64,000 nucleotides of DNA, from assembly GCA_025999215.1 (NCBI GenBank), contig AP024679.1, forward strand, positions 36,007 to 100,006. Reading direction: 5' to 3'. The DNA comes from Candidatus Dojkabacteria bacterium. Its GTDB lineage: Bacteria > Patescibacteriota > Dojkabacteria > J137. This document shows positions 50,921 through 60,568 of this stretch, piece by piece. Position 1 is the first letter of the stretch, and each line of letters starts with the position of its first letter. A program made the translations under genes and the position numbers. Below the pieces are notes generated by a model. The model did not search any database. It was given only the letters and a program-made list of their open reading frames with translations, and was not told the origin of the DNA.

Positions 50921-51358
50921 TTACCTATTCGTTTTTAATTCTCCTCTTTCTCTTTTTTCTAGCATTTCTGCTACATAGCCTAAAAGCTCTTGAGGATCGG
51001 TTGTGCTTTTAAGTTTGTAACCATGAGCGCCCAACTCCAAAGCATTTTGTACTGCTATATCACCCCCTATATTGGTTAGCATTATAATCGCCGGATCTCC
51101 ATATCTTTCTTTGTTGTCTAGCAACTCTGTTAAAGTTTCTATTCCATCTTTCTTGGGCATAACAATATCTAGCAATATTAAGTCGTATTTAGTTGCCTCA
51201 GCTTTGGCAAGAGCATCATCACCATCAGAAGCGCCAGAAACTTCGTAATTGTCAACTGTAGATAACAATTCAATGAATGTTGTTCTAGCATCGGGTTCAT
51301 CTTCCACTACCAAAATATTGTAAGTTTTTGGTAAGGTTTCGTTAGTCTGGTGATCCAT
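50921..51358 (-). CDS. stand-alone response-regulator receiver (CheY-like REC domain only)
   Basis: Carries ILVVEDEPDARTTFIELL...YDLILLDIVMPKKDGIETLTEL, a 145-aa length and no output domain. Confidence 0.8.
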   Translation of the reverse strand: MDHQTNETLPKTYNILVVEDEPDARTTFIELLSTVDNYEVSGASDGDDALAKAEATKYDLILLDIVMPKKDGIETLTELLDNKERYGDPAIIMLTNIGGDIAVQNALELGAHGYKLKSTTDPQELLGYVAEMLEKRERGELKTNR

Positions 51359-51505
51359 ATTTGAAAAACTTAATATTTAATTAAAATATGATCATACTTT
51401 TTTATCAAATTGTCAAGTAAAAGTTAAAATCACATCAAAATCTAGTCATGGAGTTTTGAGTAAGTTTTTGTTAAAATTAGGAGATTATTTATTATCTTCT
51501 CAAAT

Positions 51506-52999
51506 TTGACTGTTCGAACAAGATTAGCACCAAGCCCAACAGGTTCTATGCACATTGGTGGAGTCCGAACTGCGCTATACTGCTATGCACTGGCAAAAAA
51601 GAATGAAGGGCAATATATTTTGAGAATTGAAGATACGGATACAAAAAGGTTCGTTGAGGGTTCAATTGAGGAGATTTTAAAAGTTCATGAAATTTATGGA
51701 ATCAAACCTGATGAGGGTCCAACATACGGCGGCAATTATGGCCCATACATTCAGACACAAAGGAAAGAAATTTATCAAAAGTATGCGCACGAATTAGTCG
51801 AAAAAGGGCATGCGTACTATTGCTTTTTGTTTGGTGACGAACTTGAAAACCTTCAGAATGAATTTCTCAAAAAAGGTACAGGCTTTAGATCTCCGTACAG
51901 GGACATGCCAATTGAGGAAGCTAAGCAAAAAATAGATTCTGGCGAAAAATATGTTATTAGAATGAAAACACCAAATAACGAAAAAATTGAATACACTGAC
52001 GGAGTGCAAGGCAAAGTTGTTTTTGATAGTAACATGGTTTCAGACCAAATTATTCTAAAAAGTAATGGATTGCCCACTTATCACTTAGCTGTTGTGGTCG
52101 ATGATCACTTGATGGAAATTACTCATGTTTTTAGAGGTGTTGAATGGCTTACCAGTACACCCAAGCAAATATTATTGTATAGATTTTTAGGTTGGGAAAT
52201 GCCTCCTTTTTATCATTTATCAACAATTCTTGATCCTGATACTGGCAAAAAATTATCAAAAAGATCAGGCACAGTTTCTGCAATGGAATTTATACGTGAA
52301 GGATACATTCCTGAAGCTGTAAATAATTTTTTGATGCTTTTGGGTTGGTCCCCGCCTATTGAGAGAGCTCACGGCGAAAAAGAACGAGAAATTTTTACCC
52401 TAGATGAATTTATTGAATTGTTCGATCCAAAAGATTTAAACAAAAGTAATCCTGTATTCAATCGTCAAAAACTTCTTTGGTTTAACAAAGAATATATTAA
52501 AAATATGAATACTCTTGATCTAGCAAACAGAGTTGTTGATTGGGTAAAAAACTATTTACCTGATAGAAATCTACTTAGCCACCTTGAAACAGACCCAAAC
52601 CTTGAAGATAAAGTTAAACTCGTCAAAGATCGATGCTATTTAATCAAAGATTTGGTCGAATCAATTAGCTTTTTTTATCACAGGCCTGAAAACATTGTTT
52701 GGGAAATAAAGCAACTTAAAAACGTACCCCGCAATCAAATTCCTCAAATACTAGAAGAATTAAAAAACTTCTTAACCGACTTTTCTGAAAATTCTAGTGA
52801 TTGGTTACACGAAAAATGGGAAAAAGGAATTAGAAATATTGCAGATAAATTTACAATGAAACACGGCGATGCTTTCATGATTTTGAGGTTAAGTGTTACT
52901 GGAAAACCTGTATCTCCTCCACTTTTTGAAGCACTGCAACTTCTTGGAAAACAAGAAATTATTAGTAGAATTGAAAGTGCTTTAAAATCTTTTAAATAG
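51506..52999 (+). CDS. gltX: glutamyl-tRNA synthetase
   Basis: Carries VRTRLAPSPTGSMHIGGVRTALY (HIGH region) and KLSKRSG (KMSKS). The start is inferred as TTG at 51506. Confidence 0.9.
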   Translation: MTVRTRLAPSPTGSMHIGGVRTALYCYALAKKNEGQYILRIEDTDTKRFVEGSIEEILKVHEIYGIKPDEGPTYGGNYGPYIQTQRKEIYQKYAHELVEKGHAYYCFLFGDELENLQNEFLKKGTGFRSPYRDMPIEEAKQKIDSGEKYVIRMKTPNNEKIEYTDGVQGKVVFDSNMVSDQIILKSNGLPTYHLAVVVDDHLMEITHVFRGVEWLTSTPKQILLYRFLGWEMPPFYHLSTILDPDTGKKLSKRSGTVSAMEFIREGYIPEAVNNFLMLLGWSPPIERAHGEKEREIFTLDEFIELFDPKDLNKSNPVFNRQKLLWFNKEYIKNMNTLDLANRVVDWVKNYLPDRNLLSHLETDPNLEDKVKLVKDRCYLIKDLVESISFFYHRPENIVWEIKQLKNVPRNQIPQILEELKNFLTDFSENSSDWLHEKWEKGIRNIADKFTMKHGDAFMILRLSVTGKPVSPPLFEALQLLGKQEIISRIESALKSFK

Positions 53000-55259
53000 C
53001 ATTTTTTTCTTCATTTCTTTTCTTTTTAAGCTTGTTTTCAAATAGTTTACTTATATCTGATTTTTTAATTTCTTTGCGAGGTTGTCCATTATACTTAGGT
53101 AATGACACTGTAAATGTGCTTCCTTTGCCGACTTCACTTTCTACTTTAATTTGACCATTCATATTTTTAATTAAGCTAAAAACAACATAAAGCCCAATAC
53201 CCGTACCACCTGGACGAACAATTTGCCTTTTTCCTATAGTTCCTGAAGAATCAAGATAAGGGTTGATTCTATAAAACTTTTTACCTAAATTTTTAATTTC
53301 ACGCTTTGGTATGCCCTCACCAGTATCAATTGTACCAAATAAAATTTGGTCATCTTTTTGTTTTGCGAAAATAGTAACTACACCTTCCTCTGTGTATTTC
53401 ACAGCGTTACTTACTAAATTATCTAAAATTTGTTGTACACCAGTTTTATCGGCATACGCTTTCAAATTATCACCCACAATTTTTGTTTGCATCTTTAGCC
53501 CTTTCTTTTCTGCTTGAGGTTTATATGCATCCAAAGAATTTTGTACTGCAACCTTAATATCTACTCCCTCAAAAGTCAAATCTAATCTATCATTCTCAAT
53601 TCTTGCAGATGAAAGTATGGTTTCTAAAATTTTTATCTCTCTATTTATGTTGTCTCTTGCAATTTGAATATATTTTTCAACTTTTGAATCTTTTAATCCT
53701 GCCTTATCAGTTAAAACTTTGAGCATAAATAGAGCGTTTCTAGCGGTACCCAGAGGAGTTCTCAGTTCATGCCCCAAAATATCTAGCATATCTCTCTCTT
53801 TTCTAAGTGCTTCAGCAAGGTCTTCATTCTTCCTCTTTAGTTCTGCAGTAGCTTCATCAATTTTCTTTTGGAGAGTTAGGTTAAAGTTTTGGATTTCTTG
53901 GTAATAGTAAGCCCTTGCTACAGAAGCTACAAATATGTCAAAAATATTTTTTAAAAAATCAGTTTCTGAACTACCGAACGGAATGCTTCCGTTTCTGTTT
54001 GAAAATAAGGCAACAAGATTTATTCCTCTAGCCTTACTTTTAAAACTTAAAATTAAACCTGTTTCCTGTTGGAAATTTAGACTAAAATTTCTAATTATTT
54101 CTTCTTGAATATTTTGGTCAACCAAATTGTAAACTATTATTTTATCTTTTTGCTTTAAGTAATTAAGTAATTTAATTACAATTTCGTCCTCAATTTGAGA
54201 AAAAATAATTTTGCCAGAAAAACTTAAATGTATTTTTATAAATTTAGGTTGAAGATTTTTCGAAATAACATTTATCGTTTTTTCGTATATTGTCGAAATA
54301 TTTAATTCATAATTAATTTCCTGAATATAATTACTTATAACAATTTTTGGATCAAAACCTGGATTAATTATGCTTGATGTTACTTTTTGGCTTACAAAAT
54401 TTTTAAAAGAGTCAAAAAATAAGATATACAACACAGCAATAAAAATCCCAAAAATATACGAAGGGAGACTAAATATATCTTTAAATAAAATTATATGAAT
54501 ATATACTAAGAAATAAAAAGAGAAAAATAACAATGATGATATTATTGCAACATAAATTATTCTTCCTAAAATTAGCCGAAAATCAAAAAGCCTATATTTA
54601 AGAACCGCATAGGAAATTGCTAGTATCCAGATTATAGAGGCTACTTGTCCAAACCAATTCAGTGAAAAAATATTTAGGCTAGGCAAAAATAAATTTGTGA
54701 TCATTGCAAGTAATGAACTTATTAACGATCCTCCAAGTATTATTATAATTTGTATTTTTTCTATAAATCTTACTTTGTTTAAAGATTTTAAAAGTAAAAA
54801 ATAACAATATGAAAATACTATTGGGAAATAAGGAAAATAAATAAAAAAATATAACTTACCAAAAACAATCTTTTTTTCACCTTCGACAGGAATTTGAATA
54901 CTATCAATAATGTAATCAGTATTTAAGGTTACAAAAAAAATAAGTGCTACTATAATAAAGAGCAAGTTAACAAAGACATGCCTGCTTAATTTTAGTTTTT
55001 CGTAACAAAATACTAAATACATGAAAGGTGTCATCAAAGCAGAGGCATATAATATTTTACCCCAAAGTTCTGCATTTTTTACTTCTAAGGCTGATCTATA
55101 AAAAATCATTGAAATACACCAAATAAAAATGCTTAGACACAAAAAACTAAATAAAAGATATAATTCATCTTTTTTATACAAACCTCTTATACAAAAAATT
55201 AGAAATAAAAAGAAATTACACAGAGCAATAAGAAGTATTATTGAGTTAATAAAATCCAT
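52992..55259 (-). CDS. sensor histidine kinase with a ~7-TM N-terminal domain
   Basis: Multiple N-terminal TM helices; HisKA LGHELRTPLGTARNAL; HATPase_c G-box GGTGIGLYVVFSLIKNMNGQIKVESEVGKGSTFTVSLP. Confidence 0.8.
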   Translation of the reverse strand: MDFINSIILLIALCNFFLFLIFCIRGLYKKDELYLLFSFLCLSIFIWCISMIFYRSALEVKNAELWGKILYASALMTPFMYLVFCYEKLKLSRHVFVNLLFIIVALIFFVTLNTDYIIDSIQIPVEGEKKIVFGKLYFFIYFPYFPIVFSYCYFLLLKSLNKVRFIEKIQIIIILGGSLISSLLAMITNLFLPSLNIFSLNWFGQVASIIWILAISYAVLKYRLFDFRLILGRIIYVAIISSLLFFSFYFLVYIHIILFKDIFSLPSYIFGIFIAVLYILFFDSFKNFVSQKVTSSIINPGFDPKIVISNYIQEINYELNISTIYEKTINVISKNLQPKFIKIHLSFSGKIIFSQIEDEIVIKLLNYLKQKDKIIVYNLVDQNIQEEIIRNFSLNFQQETGLILSFKSKARGINLVALFSNRNGSIPFGSSETDFLKNIFDIFVASVARAYYYQEIQNFNLTLQKKIDEATAELKRKNEDLAEALRKERDMLDILGHELRTPLGTARNALFMLKVLTDKAGLKDSKVEKYIQIARDNINREIKILETILSSARIENDRLDLTFEGVDIKVAVQNSLDAYKPQAEKKGLKMQTKIVGDNLKAYADKTGVQQILDNLVSNAVKYTEEGVVTIFAKQKDDQILFGTIDTGEGIPKREIKNLGKKFYRINPYLDSSGTIGKRQIVRPGGTGIGLYVVFSLIKNMNGQIKVESEVGKGSTFTVSLPKYNGQPRKEIKKSDISKLFENKLKKKRNEEKNAI

Positions 55260-55297
55260 ATGCTTATTTTAATTATAAATCAATTAACAAAATAAAA

Positions 55298-56953
55298 TTA
55301 TTGCTCAGCATGGCGGCTCTCCTCCTCATAGCTTCCATTTACAGTTACGTAAGGATAACTTAAATTTCCTATCCACTGTAATTGTTCTAAGATTTTAATG
55401 ACTTTTTGAAAAATTTTTACTCTTTCTGGAGTTAAGCCTTCTTTATAACTTGAAAAAAAATACTCGAAAAGTAAATTTACATCTTCATAACATATATTTT
55501 TACGCTCTTCCTTGATAATATAATCATAAATTAATCTTTTCAAAGAATCTTTCGATTTTTTGTTATTATAATCTATTAAATCATTCCTATTGCACAAACC
55601 TAAAATTTCCTTTATTTTATTGATAAACATAGATCTTATATAAACCTCAAACTCACATCCATACATAATACATTCTGAAGTTTTATCAGGTAATGTTGTA
55701 GGGTTCAAACCCAAATCATACTTCTCATCATCAAATGTACTGCGTATAATTGGTGAATTATCTATGCCTGCTAGTGGCTTGATTACAGTTATAATTATTC
55801 CCATTTCTCTTAAAAATTCAATACTTGATGGAGTAACTGCACCTGGTTCGCTATCATCTATAATTATTGCTCCATCCAATGCCATTTGAAATTCCTGTTT
55901 AACACAACTTTTTATCCATTGTTCATCACTAGGATAGTTCCGTTTTAATTCAGCTACTCTTTCCCAATATAGTTTTTCAAAATCAAGGGGTGTAGTTATT
56001 GCTAATACAACTATTTTACTTTTTTTGAAGACATCAAGCCAGTTTTCTGCAACAGTTACTTTTTCCCTGTTTTGCATTTCTGCTGATTTTTCTTTTCTAG
56101 AATCATAAACAATCATATCTTCTGCAAGTATCTCTACTACACTTTTACCAATTCTACCTAATCCTATAACACCTATTTTATTTTTAGGCTTTTGGTTTCC
56201 ATTGACTATAGCATTTAATTCCTGATCTTTTCTTAAACTTTCAACTAACCTCAATATACAGTTAACAGTACCTGCATGTCCTGTTGTAGTTGGGTATTCA
56301 AGCAACTGACCATATTTAAATAAACCTGGAAGCGTTGCACCTAAACCTAAAAATGGTGTAGATGGAAATTTTGATAATAATTTCGTCAACAAAAAAATTC
56401 TTTTATTCCTATCTTTCTTTAAGCGCCAAAGTAACCTAGTTTTAAAAAATAAAGGATCACCTTCTGCAAGTGCCCGAAATAATTTATAAGTACTGACTAA
56501 ATCTACAGGAATCACAATTACTAACATGTTATCCAAACCTTTATAGTACGCAATAGGTATGGGCGGAAGACAAGATAATAATTCCATATAACATTTAACC
56601 TGTGCAGGATCTTCAAAATTAATAACTTCAGCAATTGGAAGAAACATTTTAGCTTCCGCTGAATTGTTTCCCCGAGGCGGCACTAAAAAAATATTTAAAT
56701 TATTAACATCAATACCTTTTTCGTCTAAAAAAGAGTAAGGGTTTTCATAGATTTCAAAGATAAGATTAATACTTTCTTCTGTTCTTTGGAGCTGATCTTC
56801 AGCCAAATTATTTAGTTTTTTTTTAATTTCTTCTAGTTTTTTTAATGCTTTTTGCTTCATTTTATTCAATAATCTTTCAGCCGAAAAAATTTCTTGCTGT
56901 CCACCATTTGTTACTTCAGGTGTAAATGTTTGGTCTTCAACTGTTGGCTCCAT
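55298..56953 (-). CDS. hypothetical 551-aa protein with a central NAD(P)-binding Rossmann motif
   Basis: The KIGVIGLGRIGKSVVEIL GxGxxG motif resembles 2-hydroxyacid/prephenate dehydrogenase-type dinucleotide-binding sites. The flanking regions are unrecognised. Confidence 0.4.
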   Translation of the reverse strand: MEPTVEDQTFTPEVTNGGQQEIFSAERLLNKMKQKALKKLEEIKKKLNNLAEDQLQRTEESINLIFEIYENPYSFLDEKGIDVNNLNIFLVPPRGNNSAEAKMFLPIAEVINFEDPAQVKCYMELLSCLPPIPIAYYKGLDNMLVIVIPVDLVSTYKLFRALAEGDPLFFKTRLLWRLKKDRNKRIFLLTKLLSKFPSTPFLGLGATLPGLFKYGQLLEYPTTTGHAGTVNCILRLVESLRKDQELNAIVNGNQKPKNKIGVIGLGRIGKSVVEILAEDMIVYDSRKEKSAEMQNREKVTVAENWLDVFKKSKIVVLAITTPLDFEKLYWERVAELKRNYPSDEQWIKSCVKQEFQMALDGAIIIDDSEPGAVTPSSIEFLREMGIIITVIKPLAGIDNSPIIRSTFDDEKYDLGLNPTTLPDKTSECIMYGCEFEVYIRSMFINKIKEILGLCNRNDLIDYNNKKSKDSLKRLIYDYIIKEERKNICYEDVNLLFEYFFSSYKEGLTPERVKIFQKVIKILEQLQWIGNLSYPYVTVNGSYEEESRHAEQ

Positions 56954-56957
56954 TTTA

Positions 56958-57752
56958 TTATAATTTAGAAGTTAAAATATACTCTATCACCATAAACCTT
57001 TCATCCTTGTAAAAAGGTATGGTAGAAAACTTAATAGGTACCTTTATACCATGAAAATTAAACTTAACAGTCCTATTGTCATGGTGATTAAAGTCTAAAG
57101 GTTTAGATTTAATTATTTTATTCCAATAATTCCACGCAAATTTTACTTTCTTTATTTTCTCTATTGTATCTAAATATATAGGATCATCCACCATGTAACC
57201 ACACTCAGAATAATACAAATCCAGTAAATGCTTTATAGTCTCTTCATAAGTATTTTTATCAACAAATTTTCCACCCCATTCCGGATCTAGCGCAATATCT
57301 AACAAACTCCGTCCATAAACATTTTCATATTCTTTCTTAGACACGCCTGATAGTTTTATAAACAAATTAGAAGCTTTCCAAACTCTGTACCTATCGTCAA
57401 TCATATACCCAAACACCCACGGCTTATTAAAAAGCTCTCTTACGGATTCAACTGCTTTTGTTACGTCTTCTTCACTTGGTGGATCCATTCGTTTACCATA
57501 TGTGTATTCTCTCTCAAGTAAACTCATCTCTAACACATCTGCTATCGCGTTTAGAGTTTCTTTGTTGGCGTTTGTTACTCCATTTTCTATTCTTGAAATT
57601 GAGCCTGAAGCAGCTCCTATTTCTAACTCCACATCAAACTGTGATAATCCAGCTCTTTTTCTAAAATATCTTAACCTTCTACCTGTTTTCATTGCTTGCA
57701 TTGTTCTTTGATCGGTATAGTCTATTTTAAATTTATTTTGTTGCTTAATCAT
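56958..57752 (-). CDS. XRE-family helix-turn-helix protein with a ~150-aa C-terminal domain of unknown function (paralogue 1)
   Basis: Carries LRYFRKRAGLSQFDVELEIGAASGSISRIENGVTNANKETLNAIADVLEMS (HTH_XRE). Confidence 0.6.
   Translation of the reverse strand: MIKQQNKFKIDYTDQRTMQAMKTGRRLRYFRKRAGLSQFDVELEIGAASGSISRIENGVTNANKETLNAIADVLEMSLLEREYTYGKRMDPPSEEDVTKAVESVRELFNKPWVFGYMIDDRYRVWKASNLFIKLSGVSKKEYENVYGRSLLDIALDPEWGGKFVDKNTYEETIKHLLDLYYSECGYMVDDPIYLDTIEKIKKVKFAWNYWNKIIKSKPLDFNHHDNRTVKFNFHGIKVPIKFSTIPFYKDERFMVIEYILTSKL
57378..57686. repeat. direct repeat copy A (~309 nt, near-identical to 58165..58473)
   Basis: The encoded residues 23-125 and 37-139 of the two XRE paralogues are essentially identical. 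The plus-strand antisense ORFs 57458..57664 and 58245..58451 translate almost identically (differing only near one end). The period is 787 bp. Confidence 0.8.
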
Positions 57753-58581
57753 GTTTACGAATTAAGTATTCCACTAAATTAAACCTTTCGTCAAGATGTA
57801 ACGGTACTATAGAAAAATACACTGGATAACTAAACAAACCCGTATTAAACGTAACTTTTCTTCTTTTAACATCTTGAAGCTTCAATGGTCTCGATGATTT
57901 TACCCGTGGCCATAGCTCTTTAACTTGATCATTTGTATCTAAAAAGTAAATAGTTTTACTAACCACATCATCATCTACCATAAATCCACACTTTGTATAA
58001 AAAGACTCTAACAAATCTTTTAGAATATTAAAATAACTATTTCTTTTGAGAAATTTTTTTCCAAGATTATCATCCAATACAATCTCAATTAGCGATCTAC
58101 CCTTGTTTTTATCTACTTCATCTTGATTTAGTCTTAAAAATCTCCTCATCGCATTTGATATTTCCCAAACTCTATACCTATCATCCAATAAATACCCAAA
58201 CACCCATGGCTTATTAAAAAGCTCTCTTACGGATTCAACTGCTTTTGTTACGTCTTCTTCACTTGGTGGATCCATTCGTTTACCATATGTGTATTCTCTC
58301 TCAAGTAAACTCATCTCTAACACATCCGCTATCGCGTTTAATGTTTCTTTATTGGCATTTGTTACTCCGTTTTCTATTCTTGAAATTGATCCTGACGCTG
58401 CTCCTATCTCTAATTCAACTTCAAACTGAGAGAGATTGGCTCTTTTCCTGAAGTATCTTAGTCGTCTTCCAGTGATGAAGGCATCCCCCAGCATACTTGT
58501 AGTGCTGTGTTTTTTTTTGGCTGTAAATGATGCCTGTAGTTTCATTGCGGTGATTTTACAACAAGTACAAGTTGATGTCAA
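57745..58581 (-). CDS. XRE-family helix-turn-helix protein (paralogue 2; the true start is probably the internal Met at about 58494)
   Basis: Same HTH as paralogue 1. The C-terminal domain is homologous but diverged. Confidence 0.6.
   Translation of the reverse strand: MTSTCTCCKITAMKLQASFTAKKKHSTTSMLGDAFITGRRLRYFRKRANLSQFEVELEIGAASGSISRIENGVTNANKETLNAIADVLEMSLLEREYTYGKRMDPPSEEDVTKAVESVRELFNKPWVFGYLLDDRYRVWEISNAMRRFLRLNQDEVDKNKGRSLIEIVLDDNLGKKFLKRNSYFNILKDLLESFYTKCGFMVDDDVVSKTIYFLDTNDQVKELWPRVKSSRPLKLQDVKRRKVTFNTGLFSYPVYFSIVPLHLDERFNLVEYLIRKHD
58165..58473. repeat. direct repeat copy B
   Basis: See copy A. Confidence 0.8.
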
Positions 58582-58661
58582 TTGAATTTGACGAATTTGA
58601 AAAATACTTGAAAATTTTTATGGTTGTGGTATACTGAACAAGATTAATTTAAATTTAGATT

Positions 58662-58928
58662 ATGGCAAACACGAAATCCGCAAAAAAAGCTATCAGATCT
58701 CAAGAAAGAAAAAGGCAATACAATCTAAAAAGACTTACAGAATTCAGGCTTGCAAGAAAGCAAGTTAAAAAGGCTGTGGAAAGTGGGAATGCAGAAGAAG
58801 CAAAGAAACTTCTTTCATTTGCTTACAAAAAGATCGATAAAGCTGCAAAATCTGGACCAATTAGCAAAAATGCAGCTAGCAGGTACAAATCTAAGCTTGC
58901 AAAACTTGTTGAATCAATAACCAAATAA
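58662..58928 (+). CDS. rpsT: 30S ribosomal protein S20
   Basis: Carries MANTKSAKKAIRSQERKRQYNLKR...; 88 aa, basic. Confidence 0.9.
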   Translation: MANTKSAKKAIRSQERKRQYNLKRLTEFRLARKQVKKAVESGNAEEAKKLLSFAYKKIDKAAKSGPISKNAASRYKSKLAKLVESITK

Positions 58929-58944
58929 AAATTTGATATTTTGT

Positions 58945-58979
58945 CCTAACAAGTATAGAATTTTCTAGTTAGGCTTTTT
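58945..58979 (+). terminator. possible intrinsic terminator after rpsT
   Basis: CCTAAC ... GTTAGG inverted repeat followed by CTTTTT. The loop is long (17 nt), so the call is tentative. Confidence 0.3.
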
Positions 58980-58981
58980 CA

Positions 58982-59515
58982 ATGAAATGGAGTTTTTTGA
59001 ATATTTTAAATGACGCACTGTTACCTGCTTCGTTAATGATAGTCTCAAAGTTTATTGGAGTTTTTGTAGTTGTGCTTTTATTTAACCTTGATTGGAGTTT
59101 GGAGGAATATTCAAACCAAATATTTGCATTCGGTACAACAAAAAGTGTAGATGACGCTATTATTATCACTAGCTATTCAGATTTGTTTATGTATTTAGTC
59201 ATGGTTTTGTTTTTGAGCTTTTCTATAATTAGAGCAGTTTTTTTTCATTCAACTCACATTAATCCAGAAATTTTTTACAAACTTACTCTCAATAATCTTT
59301 CGGACTTGGTTAAGAATTCTTTTGTTATCTATAAATCTGCAACTATTTGGCTAATTTTTACAATTTTTGCAAACTTAGTTATTCTTGCAAATTCAGTCCT
59401 TGGCAAAAGTTTTGCGTGGATTGGATTACTTACCGCTTCAATTACAATTAGCCTTGCGGTAATTTTAGCTAGCGATGTTTCTAGGGAAATTAAATCTCAG
59501 AAAAACATTAAATAA
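58982..59515 (+). CDS. small integral membrane protein (about 4 TM)
   Basis: Hydrophobic segments LLPASLMIVSKFIGVFVVVLLF, LFMYLVMVLFLSFSII, IWLIFTIFANLVILA and IGLLTASITISLAVILA. Confidence 0.4.
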   Translation: MKWSFLNILNDALLPASLMIVSKFIGVFVVVLLFNLDWSLEEYSNQIFAFGTTKSVDDAIIITSYSDLFMYLVMVLFLSFSIIRAVFFHSTHINPEIFYKLTLNNLSDLVKNSFVIYKSATIWLIFTIFANLVILANSVLGKSFAWIGLLTASITISLAVILASDVSREIKSQKNIK

Positions 59516-59627
59516 TTTTATTTTTTTCTAGATTTAAGAATTGCCACCCCTAACATTAATTAAGTTTCTCGAGAGAAATTATTAAACAGCTGTTGAAAAA
59601 ATTTTTATAATGTCCTAGTCTGTAAGT

Positions 59628-59870
59628 ATGGAATATCCAAATTACATTTCAAGGTTGTTTTGGGAATACGATATATCTCTTTTAAATCACAAGTTACATA
59701 AAAATTTAATTATCGAGAGAGTATTGGAAAAAGGAAATTTTGACGCTATCTCATGGCTATTTAAAAATTATTCTTTTTCTGATATTTGTGAATCATTGTC
59801 GTCTCCAAACATTTCATCACCTACACGCTTTTTATGGCAAAATTATTTTGCTAAAATCACTCAAGCTTAA
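59628..59870 (+). CDS. small protein (80 aa), putative partner/antitoxin-like component of the downstream nucleotidyltransferase
   Basis: Its stop lies 9 nt upstream of the start of the NTase gene, a gene pair on one strand. No HTH was recognised with certainty. Confidence 0.3.
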   Translation: MEYPNYISRLFWEYDISLLNHKLHKNLIIERVLEKGNFDAISWLFKNYSFSDICESLSSPNISSPTRFLWQNYFAKITQA

Positions 59871-59879
59871 AATTATTCC

Positions 59880-60521
59880 ATGAAAATATTTAACGAAGTT
59901 TTACCTGATTACTCTTTTGATTTATTTCAAAAAATTAGCACAAATTCTAGTTTTAATAATTTCTACCTTGCTGGTGGGACATCACTTGCTCTTCAGCTAG
60001 GTCATCGTGAATCCATCGACCTAGATTTTTTTACCAATGAACCATTTACAACTTCAATCATGAATTCATTTCCTGCAAAATATGAAGTTATTCGTTTATT
60101 TGATAACTCAATTGAAATCTTTGCGCAAGACACCAAAATCATGTTTTTTTATTTTGCTTTTCCACTCTACAAACCTTTAATGAAACATAAAGGTATGAAA
60201 TTAGCTCATCCAATTGACATTGGATTAATGAAACTTTTAGCATTGCAAGGCAGAACTACAAAAAAAGATATCATTGATCTTTATTTTATTGATCAAAAAA
60301 TTATTGCATTAGAGAAATTATTAGAAATTTTTGAAAAAATTTACCCTAAGGAAGGTTTCAATAGCTACAGCAGTATTAAATTACTTTTTGATGAAAATTT
60401 ATTAAAAAGTGAACCTCTTCCTAAAATGTTTCACGAAATAAATTGGGAAGAGTGTTTCGAATTAGTAACTAGCAAAGTTTTACAACACATCAATAAACTA
60501 CTCAATGGTTATTCCACTTAA
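59880..60521 (+). CDS. nucleotidyltransferase-fold protein of the AbiEii/DUF1814-like (type IV toxin / abortive-infection) class
   Basis: FYLAGGTSLALQLGHRESIDLDFFT matches the minimal NTase motif G[GS]x9-13DxD and the AbiEii-type (K/A)GGTAL...R.S.DiDf signature. Confidence 0.5.
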   Translation: MKIFNEVLPDYSFDLFQKISTNSSFNNFYLAGGTSLALQLGHRESIDLDFFTNEPFTTSIMNSFPAKYEVIRLFDNSIEIFAQDTKIMFFYFAFPLYKPLMKHKGMKLAHPIDIGLMKLLALQGRTTKKDIIDLYFIDQKIIALEKLLEIFEKIYPKEGFNSYSSIKLLFDENLLKSEPLPKMFHEINWEECFELVTSKVLQHINKLLNGYST

Positions 60522-60568
60522 AATTATAAATTTAGGTTAAGTTTTAATTCTACAAAGTTAATGGTAGA

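Noticed and set aside
51479-51508. AGGAG Shine-Dalgarno-like sequence upstream of gltX
   Set aside because: It lies about 22 nt before the inferred TTG start, which is too far for a functional SD. Start codon assignment for gltX remains uncertain (TTG at 51506 fits the conserved N-terminus).
59516-59627. TTGAAA...TATAAT-like sequence upstream of 59628
   Set aside because: The spacer between the putative -35 and -10 is only about 8 nt, so it is not a functional sigma70 geometry.
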